Below are positions 35,773 to 48,200 of a stretch of DNA of 64,000 bases, piece after piece. The notes beneath the pieces were generated by a model that saw nothing but the letters and a program-made list of their open reading frames with translations, ran no database searches and was not told the origin of the DNA. The DNA is from Anthoceros angustus. Lineage: Eukaryota; Plantae; Anthocerotophyta. Each line of letters opens with the position of its first letter. Positions within the stretch are counted from its first letter, which is position 1. Made by a program: the position numbers and the translations under genes. The stretch spans positions 2,356,001 to 2,420,000 of the forward strand of contig VJWM01000025.1 of the NCBI GenBank assembly GCA_010909165.1, given 5' to 3'.

Positions 35773-36495
35773 TTGTCAGGTCAGGCAGCAGATGCAGGGA
35801 TCGGAGCGAGGAATGACCCGAGGAAGATGCAGCGGAAAGGCGAAGCAAATTCCAGATCGCTCTGGATTCGAACGGGGCGGATCCGGACAGGGCCGCACCC
35901 TCCGCGGGACGAGGTTGTGTATGAGCCGAAGCGTAGGCTGGAGAGGATCCGGCCGAGGGACGTGGTGAATGTGGACCTGGAGAAGAAGGAGGTGGAATTC
36001 CGGTTCGGGAAGGTGAGTTTCAGCGACGAGGAGGTCGCCAAGCATTATAAGGAGTGTCCGTCTTCGGGGATCCTTTACAACAAAGCCAAGGCGAGGTTTA
36101 CGAGAAACGAGCTGGTGGAAGGCATTGGGATAAGGAATAAAAGAGCTATGTCTAGATGGTTGTGCGACGAGAGATGGATCCCGAGCGCGGGGCTCAGGGA
36201 CGTGCTGCGCTCCAGGTACATAATGTTGACAGGGGAGGAGCTTGATGCGGATCGGCCATGCAAGGTTTACTGGAACTACCTGAGCGCGGTGTGGTGCGAG
36301 TATAGATGGGAGGAGCCCGTGAACTACTCTGCCGAAATGGCAAAGAGGATGGTGAAGGCTCTCAGGGAACTGCAGGACGGGCAGCCGCTCAAGTTCGAGA
36401 GCCAGATCTTGAGGCATGTGAATTTCGCGGAGTTGCGGGCTGTGGAGCGTGATGATGATTCGCAGACGAGCGATATGACGGAGGAGCTTAATTGA
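35773..36495 (+). CDS. Intronless orphan ORF (240 aa), probably transposon-derived
   Basis: Intact GC-rich ORF next to AT-rich DNA. The patterns VEFRFGKVSFSDEEVAKHY and WCEYRWEEPVNYSAEM loosely resemble accessory ORFs of plant retroelements. Its 3' end is duplicated at 38128-38301. Confidence 0.5.
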   Translation: MSGQAADAGIGARNDPRKMQRKGEANSRSLWIRTGRIRTGPHPPRDEVVYEPKRRLERIRPRDVVNVDLEKKEVEFRFGKVSFSDEEVAKHYKECPSSGILYNKAKARFTRNELVEGIGIRNKRAMSRWLCDERWIPSAGLRDVLRSRYIMLTGEELDADRPCKVYWNYLSAVWCEYRWEEPVNYSAEMAKRMVKALRELQDGQPLKFESQILRHVNFAELRAVERDDDSQTSDMTEELN

Positions 36496-36670
36496 AGGCA
36501 AGGTCTCATATTTTTTCCCAATTGGCGCAGATAGATTTCTGCGTTTCCCAAATCAAGGATCAAGAATTGAAAACGTCAGGCAGATTATACACACAAATGG
36601 TGCCCGAGACGCTAGGGAAAGTTGCAGCAGCATGCTTTCTCTTGTTGTTGCTGCAGGGCTAGCGCTGGAT

Positions 36671-37056
36671 AGTGTCTTGTACATTTCAGGTCCTCTGGAT
36701 GAATTCCCTGTTCCATCCACAGGTGTGCACATTTAGGATGTCGGTAGTGCCCGTTGTTGTCTCTAGGTATTCTTCATGCACATTGCACTCTCTTCTCGCT
36801 GGTTTTTAGCGTACAATTGTACATTTTAAGTCGTCTGTCATGGCATTCACTGAGCCGTCCAGAAGTGTACATATTTAGGATGTCGATATCTAGAGCCCAT
36901 TATTGTCTGTAGGTATTCTTCGATATCGCACCTGGCTTCTTTCTTGTTAGTGTCTTGTCCAAGTTAGGTCCTCTCGATCACTGCATTCCCTTTCCGTGCA
37001 GAGATGTATGCACATATTTAGGAGGGCGAGAGAGCCTGCTATTGTCTGCAGGTCTT
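36671..37056. repeat. Three diverged tandem repeats of about 140 bp
   Basis: The core GT(G/A)TGCACA(TA)TTTAGGA..GCC..TTGTCT.(T/C)AGGT recurs near 36722, 36866 and 37005. Confidence 0.65.
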
Positions 37057-37630
37057 CATTCTTCCCATGAACATTGTCTGGAGTGAAGAGAGTTTATTAA
37101 TCATACATCTATTTGAGCACATTTTCTGTTTCTGTTTCACATGCGTGGCATGCTATCTGGACACTCCAAGTGACCCTATTCCCAGTAGTTTGGTAGACGT
37201 GGTAGCCTAGTGGATGCTCACAGAGTAGTGCTAACTGTTTCCATGGCCTTGGAAACACCTCTCTTACGCCGCAAGTCAGGCGAAGGGGAGCTCTTCATCG
37301 AAAGGGTGTTCATTGGATTACAGACATGCATGAAGTCGTGGAAGTAATTTGTAGTGACTAGTAGAGCTTTACCACCTGCCACAATCTTGGATGATAAATC
37401 TGGACGTATTGTACAACGTGGAAGAAAAGCCCAAGGTGGCATAGATGGCCACTGTTTTGCACTCATGCTTTACCTAGACACCTCGTGGTGTCGCGGTAAC
37501 ATGGCCACAGTATGGCAACCGGACCCGTTGTGGACTCAACGAATGGGTGACTATTAGTGGGGTTGTACAAGGAGGGGAAACAATCAAGCCTCCATTGTAA
37601 GGGTGATATCCCGCATTTTGGTCCTTTGCA

Positions 37631-38122
37631 TCAGTCTGTGGTTGAGCTGTTCAAGGCTGTGGAGCTTCTTGAGGACATGGTTGAGGTTTGCAGCGAGCGA
37701 GGGAGATTGCTTTTGCATATGATGGCCTTGAATGTTTTGCCTGGCAGGCTAATATTTATCGATACCAGGGCAATGTTGTCTATCTCTACGTTGCTCCGAT
37801 TTTCCAGGTTTGGATTCCCTTGTGGTCATTGTTGGTTGCCCTGATTGTTAGGACTTCATCGGGGTTGACTGTCTCAGATCACTCAAACGAGCTTCGTTCG
37901 TTGCAGCCTTGTCACTGAGACCATACCTGAACATGGCGACAATGAGACTCGTTGCCAGGAGCAGAGAAAGTTTTATAGATCGATGAGGACTGGTTTTTCG
38001 TCCTATGAGCGCAGAGTGAGCAGTCATGTGTCCAATTGGTTCTAAGATTCGGCCTTTGTTTGCAGAAACTTAGGTCGGCTCTCGACGAGCTTGAGGCACA
38101 GATAGACGATGTTCACCGCAAG
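37631..38122 (+). pseudogene. Partial genomic duplicate of AMSH (intron 1 to exon 4)
   Basis: Colinear with 39604-40105, including introns (shared TCAGTCTGTGGTTGAGCTGTTCAAGG ... CACCGCAAG), with scattered substitutions. Confidence 0.9.
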
Positions 38123-38127
38123 ATTTG

Positions 38128-38301
38128 GTTCGAGAATTCCAGAACTTAAGGCATGTGAATTGCGCGGAGATGCGGGCTGTGGAGCGTGAAGATGATTCGC
38201 AGACGAGCGACTTGACGGCGGAGCTTAATTGAGGGCTAGGTGTTGTATCCTTTCCAGCTGGAGCAGATGGATTTCTGTGCTCCCCAAATCAAGGATCAAG
38301 A
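38128..38301 (+). repeat. Duplicate of the 3' end and 3' flank of the 240-aa ORF
   Basis: Colinear with 36393-36566 (GTTCGAGA..AGGCATGTGAATT..GCGGGCTGTGGAGCGTGA..CCCAAATCAAGGATCAAGAA). Confidence 0.9.
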
Positions 38302-38315
38302 AAACAAATTCAGGC

Positions 38316-38855
38316 ACAATGGCCTGGTGGGCCTGCATGCAATGTCCAGTGCCCCAGTAGTGCTGCAAGCTTCCAGGACAGCAACAAGTAGCCTCATGGG
38401 ACTGCACATTTTCCGCTTGCATTTGACCATATAGAGGCGCACCTTGTTCTCCATGATCCTGAGCATAAGCAGCAATCATAGCTGTCCAGGACAATGTACC
38501 GGGCTGGGAAATTTTGTCGGAAACTTGTTCTGCATCGGTGATTCTCCCACATTTTGCATACGCATGTGTGGAGTGATTGAACCTTGACATGTTGGCCATT
38601 CACAATCGCACTTTTCTCATCTTGTGCAATGTTGCTGTATGCGCAGACAAAGGTGTAAGCATTTGGCACATTCCCTTCTTCTTTCATTTGTTGAAAGATC
38701 TGCAAGCGCATCTCACCTTGGCCCTGATCCAGCATAAGTAGCAATCAGGGAAGTCCATGACACTGTATCATGCTGGCAAAATGTGTTGAACACCGTCTGT
38801 ACATCTACGATGCTCCCACACTTTGAGTACATACCTATCAAAGCACTACCAACAA
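38316..38855 (-). pseudogene. PPR fragment copied from the 1514-aa PPR gene or a very close paralog
   Basis: Colinear with 51665-52289 apart from one internal deletion. It shares the specific motif DEKSAIV(N/S)GQ(H/Y)VKVQSL and is frameshifted. Confidence 0.88.
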
Positions 38856-39434
38856 CCTGTCAGTTTTTTTCAAGGGCTACCAAAGCCAGAACACCAGTTC
38901 GTGCGCCGCTGCACAGTAGAAATGGCATGCCAATTTCTGGGTCCTGTAAGCAGTGGCTCAACATTGTAGGACAAACAAGGAGAAATACTTGCTGGGCCTG
39001 GCCCTTATTTCTCGATGTTCCCCTCTTTTGTATGCAAGTGGTCTCTGACCAGTGGGTAGGGCAGCTCTGTGCCTTCTGCCAGATTGGTTGAAGGAGGAGT
39101 GGAGGAAGCTTTAGCTCGCTCGCTGCTGGTTGAAGCCCAGTAAGACACATAAGGGGCTTGTATATTATTATAAACAAAACGAGAAGGGGTAAGGTTGAAG
39201 ATAAAACGGTGATAAAACCAAGTGTCGTAAAGTTGTCGACATAAGCAGCGACCGTGCGTGTTCCTAAGGAAGCTGGGGAGCCTAGCCTGGTTTTCGGAAG
39301 TAGAGCAAACGAACGTAGTGAGCAGGAGGCAGGGAGTTGGACGGGCATGGTGGCCTACCCCGCACGCTTCTGCGCTTGTGCACTACGTTGGTGAAAGGCC
39401 AGGGCAAGGACGCTGCTGCTTGTGCGGAGTCACC

Positions 39435-42088
39435 ATGAGGCAGCAGCGTCCGATCGACATTCAGGCGCAAACTCGCAAGCGGGAGGTCGATAATCGGCTG
39501 TCACTCAAGATCTACTACCGCACGGCTGAGAATCTGCTCAAGCAGGTGCGGCTGCTTGTGTCCACTGAATTCCGGCAATTGCGTCCTGTGCAGGCCAATT
39601 GGCTCAGTCTGTGGTTGAGCTGTTCAAGGCTGTGGAGCTTGTTGATGACATGATGGAGGTTTGCGGCCAGCGAGAGGGAGATTGCGTTTGCACCTGATAG
39701 CCTTGAATGTTTTGCCTGGCAGGCTAATATTTATCGATACGAGGGCAATGTTGTCGATCTCTACGTCTTCCTGCTCCGATTTTCCAGGTTTGGAGTCTCC
39801 CTTGTGTTCACTGTTGGTTGCCCTGATTTTTAGGTCTTCGTCGGGGTTAACTGTCTCAAATCACTCAAACGAGCTTCGTTCGTTGCAGCCTCGTCTCTGA
39901 GACCATACCTGAACATCGTGACTATGAGACTCGTTGTCAGGAGGAGAGAAAGTTCTACAGATCGGTGAGGACTGGTTTTTCGTCTTACGAGCGGAGAGTG
40001 AGCAGCCATGTGTGCAAATGGTTCTAAGATTCGGCCCCTGTTTTGCAGAAACTTAAGTCGGTTATCGATGAGCTTGAGGCACTGAAAGACGAGGCTCACC
40101 GCAAGGTGGAGAAGATAAATAGTGAACTTAGAGCTCCATCACGTGATGTGTCTACTCTTGATCATGCTTTTGGGAATGTGTCGATTAGTCGTGAACATGG
40201 TTTCTCCACAACTGCCAGTACATGGTCACTGTCTATACCACGCCCCAAAGATGAGACCTTGGCAAGACATTCTTTACTTGGTCCAATGAGCCAACGCAAG
40301 GGGAGGGAGGTTCAAAACTTTCAACTGAAGGTAATTATTTGAGTTTGTCGGGTGCATCTTGTTGGTGCTCGTTGTCGTTGGCCTGTAATGCTGTATGGTG
40401 TTCTATTCTGACGGGCTCTGTCAGCCGTTGCAGGTTCAATATCCGAGCCGCGTTGACACATCTATGATTGAAATACCAAGGTATGTAACTGACATTGGAT
40501 CTTCTTTGTGTGACATCCTCTGTCTGTGGGATTGGACATCTGTTTTGTGCTTCGTCACATCCATAGTGCTAAGTTTGTGCTCATATTTGTGTAGTTTGGA
40601 TCCAAACTGGCGGACCCCTCCCTTGCCTTCAGCAGCCCCAGTGGGTACCTCAGCAGTTTCAACCCCTTTGGAGTCTGGGGATGCATGGATTGAAGAGCTG
40701 ATGCCCAAGTCAGCCGCAGACAGCACACCATTTGCCGGCACTGGGAGGGTCAGGTCACCTACCCTTATCAGACAACCATCACCTCCTCCAGTTGCTGCTC
40801 CTGTACAGACATTGCCACCTCCGTGCAATGAGCACAACAACTCGCTTGCTCGACCCCGGCTTCCTGAAGTTGCTGATCCATGGCCAGGGCCTGCGGCCTT
40901 GGATGATGGCCCGGAAGAGAGGGGTCCAAAGCGGCTGTTCATTGTGAGTGCACTTTCTGTCTGCTTTGAAGAGGAGAGGATTAGAAGGTGGAGAGGACAG
41001 GGGTGGGGTAGGGGAAACAATTTGAGAATTTGTCCCTTGAGATATGCATGTCGGTTGTTGACTTTGCTCTAATTGTTGGAAAAGTGCAGTCGGTGAAAAT
41101 GATGAATGAGTTCTTGCTTATGGCGCAAAGAAATACACAGATGAATTTGGAGACCTGTGGTGTACTCGGCGGTTCCTTGGTGAGTTTGGTCCATTTCCTT
41201 GTCTTCCAATGAACTGGATATGTGTTTGTGCTTAACAACTGTGCTGTGTGCAGAAACATGGTACTTTTAACGTGACTGCCCTTATCATACCAAAGCAAAA
41301 AGCTACTTCAGACTCTGTTAGTGCCGCCTACCCATTCAGATGCCCACTGCTAGGTTTACCCCTAGTTGTTTTTCTGACGATGCAGCAACAGCAGATTCGT
41401 CTAACGGTTTTTTTGAATTCGTTGCAGTGTGAAGCAATGAACGAGGAGGAGATATTTGACACTCAAGACAAGCGTGGTCTCTTTCAATTAGGATGGATAC
41501 ATGTACGTGCGGAACCAGCATGACTGTCAGCGTTGTAGACTACATATGACGGTTCTGATGTCACGCTGTTATGATCTGACACGTCGGCCTTTCATTTTGC
41601 AGACACATCCGTCTCAGAGCTGCTTCATGTCGTCAATTGACCTACACACACATTATTCATACCAGGTAGAGATTCACAGTTCTGCTGAGGGGGCGTTCAC
41701 ATGATGCCCTCTTTCGTGGTACTCAACCGCTTTTTGCAATTTTGTGCGCAGATCATGCTCCCTGAGGCCATCGCTATAGTCATGGCACCCAAAGATTCTG
41801 AGCGGTATGTGGTCTCAACCTTTTAAGGAGATTGTTGCATGTGCACCGCACAAGGCCCATCAGTTTCTATGTGCAAGTCACTGTTCTTGAAAGGAACTTC
41901 TGGCTCATTGCAGGCAACACGGGATCTTCCGCTTGGCAGATCCTGCTGGCGTGAAGGTGATACAGCAGTGTCAGGAACGGGGATTTCATCCACATGAGCG
42001 TCCAGACGGTGGAGGGGCAATCTATGAGCACTGTTCACACGTGTACATGAAACAGGAAATGAATTATGAGATCATCGATCTTCGATAA
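39435..42088 (+). CDS. AMSH3: AMSH-like ubiquitin thioesterase (USP8-dimer plus JAMM/MPN+), AMSH3-like, multi-exon
   Basis: EVDNRLSLKIYYRTAENLLKQ|ANIYRYEGNVVDLYVFLLRFS, NLETCGVLGGSL, LIIPKQKATSDS|CEAMNEEEIF, LGWIH|THPSQSCFMSSIDLHTHYSYQ|IMLPEAIAIVMAP, ending YEIIDLR*. Introns are GT-AG. Confidence 0.93.
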
Positions 42089-42431
42089 CCGATTTATCGA
42101 TGGGCTTGTGTGATCCTACTACATACAGTAGTGCGCCTTGGATAGACAGGTCACAAATGTGTGTTCTGCCTTTCAATTATCTCGGTAGGCCTCCGCGGTA
42201 AAGCTCCTAAGAATCCATCAGGCTTGCGGAATTCATTCATTGTATGGTGTATTTGTTGCACAACTCTCAGTGCACCTATAATTTTTTGCAGCTGAAGGAG
42301 AACGCTGCACCGTTTTGCCTACAGTACCACAGGAGCTCTTCCCGACTCAAATTGACTCTCACTTACAAGAAGGACAGAAGCTCTCCTCTCGTTCCCCCTC
42401 AAACCAACCAGTCGCACAAAATGGCAAGCAT

Positions 42432-42800
42432 CTATTTCCCCTTGGACCTTTCGAGTCTCGTCAACAAATCCACGATCCTGTCTTTCTCACTCGGGGCTGC
42501 CTTATAGGCGGCCTCGATCATATCCTGCAATCTCTCCAAGGCATCTTCCACATTGTCTCTCTGGCTCCTAGATTTGGAGGACGCAACGACAATCTCACCG
42601 TCTTTGTTAATCCGATTTTTCTCTGTTTTCATCAGCTGCGTCCTCACTCTCTCCGGCAACCATTCGGCAGCCATGACATTGAATCGCATATCCACCTTGG
42701 TGTTCACCTTGTTCACATTCTGTCCTCCTGCGCCACCACTTCTGGCAAACCCTAGAGTGACATGCTTGGTGGTAATCTGCGGAATCGTCTCAACCTTATC
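42432..42800 (-). pseudogene. ICT1: Partial peptidyl-tRNA hydrolase ICT1/ArfB-like (RF-1 domain) copy
   Basis: PQITTKHVTLGFARSGGAGGQNVNKVNTKVDMRF..EKNRINKDGEIVVASSKSRSQRDNVEDALERLQ. An in-frame stop lies just upstream, no start or transit peptide was found, and the basic C-tail is short. Confidence 0.7.
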
Positions 42801-42990
42801 CTGAATTTCTTAGGTATGGAAGCACCTACTCCGCCTTACAGCGTTGTGCAGGTAGACACATGGCCACTCGTCATCACAGGCCTTCGGTGTAACATTTATG
42901 AGGTATAATTGGATGATCAAATTTTAATTAGTTAGGTAATCAGTTTTTTATTTTTTAACCACTAAAATTACGTTAAAATTATCAAATATA

Positions 42991-44140
42991 TTTATTTATT
43001 TATTTATCATTAGGCGTATGCAGCCATGAGGCTATGACGCCTGAACATGAATGAAGTGATAGTTGGGAGAGTGTAAAAGCAAAGAAAGTATATCAAACAA
43101 AGATCAGAAGACTAAATAGCTTTGTTAAGGAACCTGCACTAAAAGTAGTCGCCAATCAGCTTGAAGTAAGAGATAAGTTTCCCTTTGAGTTTGGAAATAC
43201 TGAGGAGTTGGCACATATCATAGTAAGAGCCCTGAAAAACCTGGTCCCACTTGTTGCGGGTAGCCAAGCACTGACCAAGGATGTGCTGGCGGGTTTCTTC
43301 GGAAGACATACATTTCTGACAAAAAGGGTTTCCAGCAATGTTGAATCGCATGAAATAAGCCCCAATAGTCATATACCCAGTCCGTAACTGGGTGAGAAAG
43401 GATGAGACCTTACGATCATGAAGGCCAAGACGTTGTAACACCGATGCCGAGGGGCCACCAAGCACCACTCGCTTTAGCACATAAGCTTTAGTAGATGAGA
43501 CCCACTGTACATGCCACTCTTGCAAACTTGCCACATGAATATGTTGACGCGCTCTGGACACAAATAAGGTATAGTTTTCACTAGAAATTGGAAGAAGAGT
43601 AGCTGCCTTAGCAGTAACATCTGCCAACTCATTGCCGACTACATTATTATGGCCCGGAATCCAATGGAGGTTTAGGGAAACTTGAGGATGAGCAAGAGAG
43701 AAGGCATGGAGAGCGGTCCGAGCCCATATTGAGATAGCCTGGGAGGAGCGCACAGATATGTCAGTTAAAGACAAGATAGCTGCTTGGTTATCAATGAATA
43801 TGGTAACTTAGCGCACCCCAGAGAGTGTGGTTAAAAGAGTAGGTAGGTACGAGATGACCTTAACCACAGAAAGAAGTTCTGCCTCAAAAATCCCATAGTA
43901 GGCCTCTAAACCAAAAGACAATTGATGCACATGATTCCTATTGAAATAGAAAACCGCCGCCCCTCCAGCTTTACCATCCATGAGGGAACCATTAGTGTAA
44001 ATTGCAAGAGTATTAGGAGCCAGCAGATACTGAGAATGTGAGGCAATGGCTAACTCAGGAGATTGTAAAATCACAATGGTTGAGGGTAAAGACAGGGGAA
44101 CAAGGCGAGGGAAAATGGTCTCAATGCCAGTATAAAACAT
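42991..44140 (-). mobile_element. 5'-truncated LINE 3' end: RNase H, CCHC domain, 3' hairpin and (TAAA)n tail
   Basis: IYTNGS..GGAAV..IFEAEL..IFIDNQAAI..LHWIPGHNNVVGNELADVTAKAA, then LTQLRTGY..FCQKCMSSEETRQHILGQC. The 3'UTR has a GGCGT..AGCC..GGCT..ACGCC hairpin (43013-43041) and four TAAA units (42991-43007). One in-frame stop at 43808. Confidence 0.87.
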
Positions 44141-44709
44141 ATGATTTTATCTTAATATCATTTATTCGTTATTATAATTAAGTTTTATGTACAGAATCTG
44201 AAGATTGGATAGCCGGATGTACCGTAGAGTAGTGTGGAGAAGTCTAAAGACCACCATGAAGGTGAGAACTTTGCTTCATAAGGACAGCTCTCTTGTAATT
44301 CTGTCCTTTTTTGCATATTGCTCAAAAACTTAGGGTCGTAAACCTCTTATTATATACTTTTATAACATTTTAATTAGGGATAGGTGACGACCGTCTATTT
44401 TTATTTGTCGGATATATTATTTATACAATCAAAATATTGAAATATTATTTTTAATTATTTTTTAAAATATAATTAGACTATAGACACTCTCAAATGTCAT
44501 GCGAGAATTATGTCAATTCTCACTCCTTAGCAACCAAATATGCACTCATAATGGAGATCAAATTTATAACTATAAATATTTTTATATAATTATTTATTAC
44601 AAATATAAAATTAATATAAAACTAATATAAATTTAATTATTAATTAAGGATAATTTTGTAAGTAATGATTTAAAACCAAGTTCTTGGATGAAAAAGCATG
44701 TACTTGTAT

Positions 44710-45281
44710 AGTAACGAGCCTTGCATGAGAAGCATGCAGCCCTGGATCTAGTTAGTAAGTTGTAAGTAGTGGTGGTAAGACTTAGCTTAGGGCTTAAGGA
44801 AGAAAGTCGCTTTTAGCGATTACTTTGGAAATGATGTAAGCCTCCTATATAAGGAGATGAGGCTAGCCCTAGAGATATCTTGTGATCCTAGCATGGGAGC
44901 TACACTCTTGAGGATAGGACTTTGGAGCCTAAAGGCCTTGGGAGCCTAGAGTGAGCATGTCTAGAAGGATCCTAGCACTTGGGAGCTACACTCTTGTGAG
45001 GATAGGACTTTGGTGCCTAGAGGCCTTGGGAGCCTAGAGTGTGAGCGTGCTAGAGGAGAGGCTGTTGAGGAGGAGATCGAGGGAGAGCTAAGCTCCTAGC
45101 TTAGGCAAAGATGGGGAGCTCTCGATCTCTCATGTATTCTTGTTGACTCTTCTTTGGAATAAATAGCAGCGATGTCTTGTGCGAGTCGTCCGTGGAAGGA
45201 CGGGCTACTTGGAGGCCTAGTCTTTGGTGTCGTGATGTTTTTGTCGCTAAGCTGACGCCCACCTCGAAAAGGGGTGTTACT
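44710..45281 (+). repeat. 5' LTR (572 bp), AGTAAC...GTTACT
   Basis: Colinear with 49718-50299. It carries an internal tandem duplication of about 84 bp (44884-45050), TATATAA at 44846 and AATAAA at 45158. Confidence 0.93.
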
Positions 45282-48200
45282 TGTATCGAGCTCAAGGTTG
45301 AAGCATCTTTTAGCTAGGACGCTAGGAGATGGCCGATCCTCAAGAGCCAGCGAGCGGAGAACGGCGAAGAAAGAGAAGGCTCCTATGGTGGAGACCACGG
45401 TGGATGAGCCTCGGATGGAGCCACTAATTCACAGGCGGCAGAGGCGGATACCTGGGCAAGACCGTCACCATGCCGCAAGAGGAGCTTCAAAATCTTTTGA
45501 GGAAGAATGGAAGCTCTAGAGCAACAAGTACAAGGAAAAGAAGCTCGATGAAGTAGAAGGATGATGAGCAGGACGAATTGGAGCTGGCCCGAGAAAGGAG
45601 TAGAGCAAGGAGACCCAAGAAGTTGAGGCTAAGCGTTGCCCCAGATAGGTATAAGGGTGAGCGAGATGTGGAGAAAATCAATTCGTGGTTTTCTCATTGG
45701 AAGGATACTTTCGTCGCAGGATTCCGCAGGAAGAGTATCTAGATCACATCGTTAACTTCTTAGAAGTGCGCTCTTACTTGGTGGAGAACTTATGTTCGAG
45801 TATTGAAAGGTAATAGAGTGGAAACTATTTCCACAGGCGTAATTCAAAGATGCTGCAACTTCAATTCCGACCAACTAATGCATCTATCTTTGGCAAGAAG
45901 GATGCTAGAGAATGTGAAGCACAGAATGTTGCGGCGGTATGTGAGTGAATTTAGCTGTGTGTTACAATGCCACGATATGCGGAGGTGGATAAGCTCCACA
46001 GGTTTTATAGTGGACTCAAAAGGTGGGCTCTGGATAGAATTCGGATGACAAAACCTCAAAACTCTGCGAGAGGCTATTATGGCTGCGGATCGATACGACA
46101 CAAGTCGTGCGAGGAAGCACCGTGTCTTTCGGAGGAAGGTATCCAAGATCTTTTCAAGGAAGATCACGAGGTAGAGGAAGAGCCACCAACACCGGGCATA
46201 TTGGAACAAATGATAATGTTGGCGAGGAGAGGAAGAGGAAGAGGAGCCAATAGAGGTCGTGGCCGTGGAAGCCAAAGGACGACAGGCCCTCAATTTGCGT
46301 GCTTATTGTGGAGAGCAAGGACACTTTGCGAAAGATTGTCCGCATGCGGGAATTCCCAATGAATGTGATAGCCAATCCTCAAGCTCCGGACTTAGGATTC
46401 GGGAGCTTTCTGAGCCCAAATGGCCGGTGGCCACATGTTGTGGTGACAGATGTGGTGAGTCATCTAGTGTCAAGGATGACACTATTTTGAGGGAAGGTGG
46501 AGCCCTTATGTACATATGTGGAAAGATGAATGGCTTAGAAGTAGAGTTATTGTTGGACTCGCCACCCACAATTTTATAACTCGCAAGGCGAAAGAGCTTG
46601 GGCTAGAATGGGCTAGTACTTCGCCATATGGAATCAAGCAAGCTAAAGGAACTCGCTTTTCTTGGGTGAATTGCATGGAGTAAAGGCAAATAGAAGCGTG
46701 GGAAGGATACATGAGTTTCACGGTTGTAGACATGGATGACCATGATGTTATCTTGGGTCTAGAGTGGATGAAATCCAATGAAGTGCGTGTAGATGTGAAG
46801 TCCCGCACCATTGAGATATTGAAGAATGGAAAGCACAAGGTGGTTTGTGCTAATCTTAGTCAAGCTTGAGATGTGCTCGATGCAGTTGATTTCAAAAGAG
46901 AGCTCAAGCAGACATAAGACAGAAGAAGGAGCTTTATCTAGTTATGCTCCGATTAGAGGATGGTCTTGAGGAAGAATCCTCGGAAGAAAGACATCCCAAG
47001 GAATTACAGTCTTGGATGACTTTAAGGATTTGATGCACGATGAATTGCCACCTTTACCGTCTCATAGAGTAGTAGATCATGAGATTGAATTGAGGCCGAC
47101 GCCTCGTCGAGAGCACCATATAGATTGTCGCAGGATGAGCTACAGAACTCAAGCGACAACTATCCAACCGGCAAAGGGATATATCGAGTCTCTAAGTCTC
47201 CTTTTGGTGCGCCGGTATTGTTTACGCAAGAAGAATGGAGGACTAAGGATGTGTTTAGATTACGAGCTCAATCAAATTACGATGAAGAATGCATATCCTT
47301 TGCCAAGAATGGATGATATGTTTGACAGTTGAAGGGTGCCAAGTATTTCACCAAGCTAGATCGATGGCGGGTACTATCGGATCAATCGCAGAGGGACATG
47401 AGTACAAAGCGACATGGGACCGGTATGGGGCTTTTGAATTTGGTCATGCCATTTGGACTTACTAATGCACTGCCACATTTCGACACTTATGAATACTATA
47501 TTCATAGATCCGTGGACAAGTGTGTTGTAATCTATCTGGATGACATTTTGATCTTTAGCCATACCTTGGAGGAACATCTTGAACACTTAAGAGAAGTGTT
47601 ACAAGCTAAGAGAGAATTCTTTGTTCTTGGCAATTAAGAAGTGTGACTTGTCAAGACAGAGGTAGCTTTCTTAGGCTTTATTGTCTCTGTGATGGCATCG
47701 AATGGATCCGATAAGGTGAGGGCCATTCAAGATTGGCAACCTCCTAGGAACATTCATGAGGTTCGCTTTATGGGTTTGGCTTACGTATGCGGAGATTTGT
47801 ACAGATGTTTGCTAAGATAGCAGCCCCATAACGACCTCTTAAAGATGACGAAAGCTTGGAAGTGGGATCTTTGAATGTCAAGCGACATTTTGAATACTTG
47901 AAGATGAAATTGAGTACAACTCGGTTTTAGGAATGTATGATCCCAAGAAGGATGTGGAAGTGTCTGATGCCTCGACGTGGCCATAGGTGGAGTGTTGATG
48001 CAAGACCATAAGCCGATAGCTTTTGAGTCAAGGAAATTGCATCCTTATGAGTTGAAGTATCCCACCTATGAGAAGGAAATGACATCATTCATTGTCTCAA
48101 GGTATGGAGACACTATCTCTTGGCGATCTTTTGTGCTCTATCGATAATATCGACAACATACTTCTCTAACCATTGAAGTTGAATGCAAGACAAGCTAGAT

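Noticed and set aside
34028-37356. CACTA element bounded by CACTACAAA (34028) and TTTGTAGTG (37348-37356)
   Set aside because: Only a 9-bp match, the 3-bp flanks differ (TCA versus ACT), and no transposase lies between.
37240-37500. MULE transposase relic (ERVFIGLQTCMKSWK, GIDGHCF) that would explain the chimera as a Pack-MULE
   Set aside because: The resemblance is too weak by eye and I found no TIRs or 9-bp TSD. It needs an HMM test.
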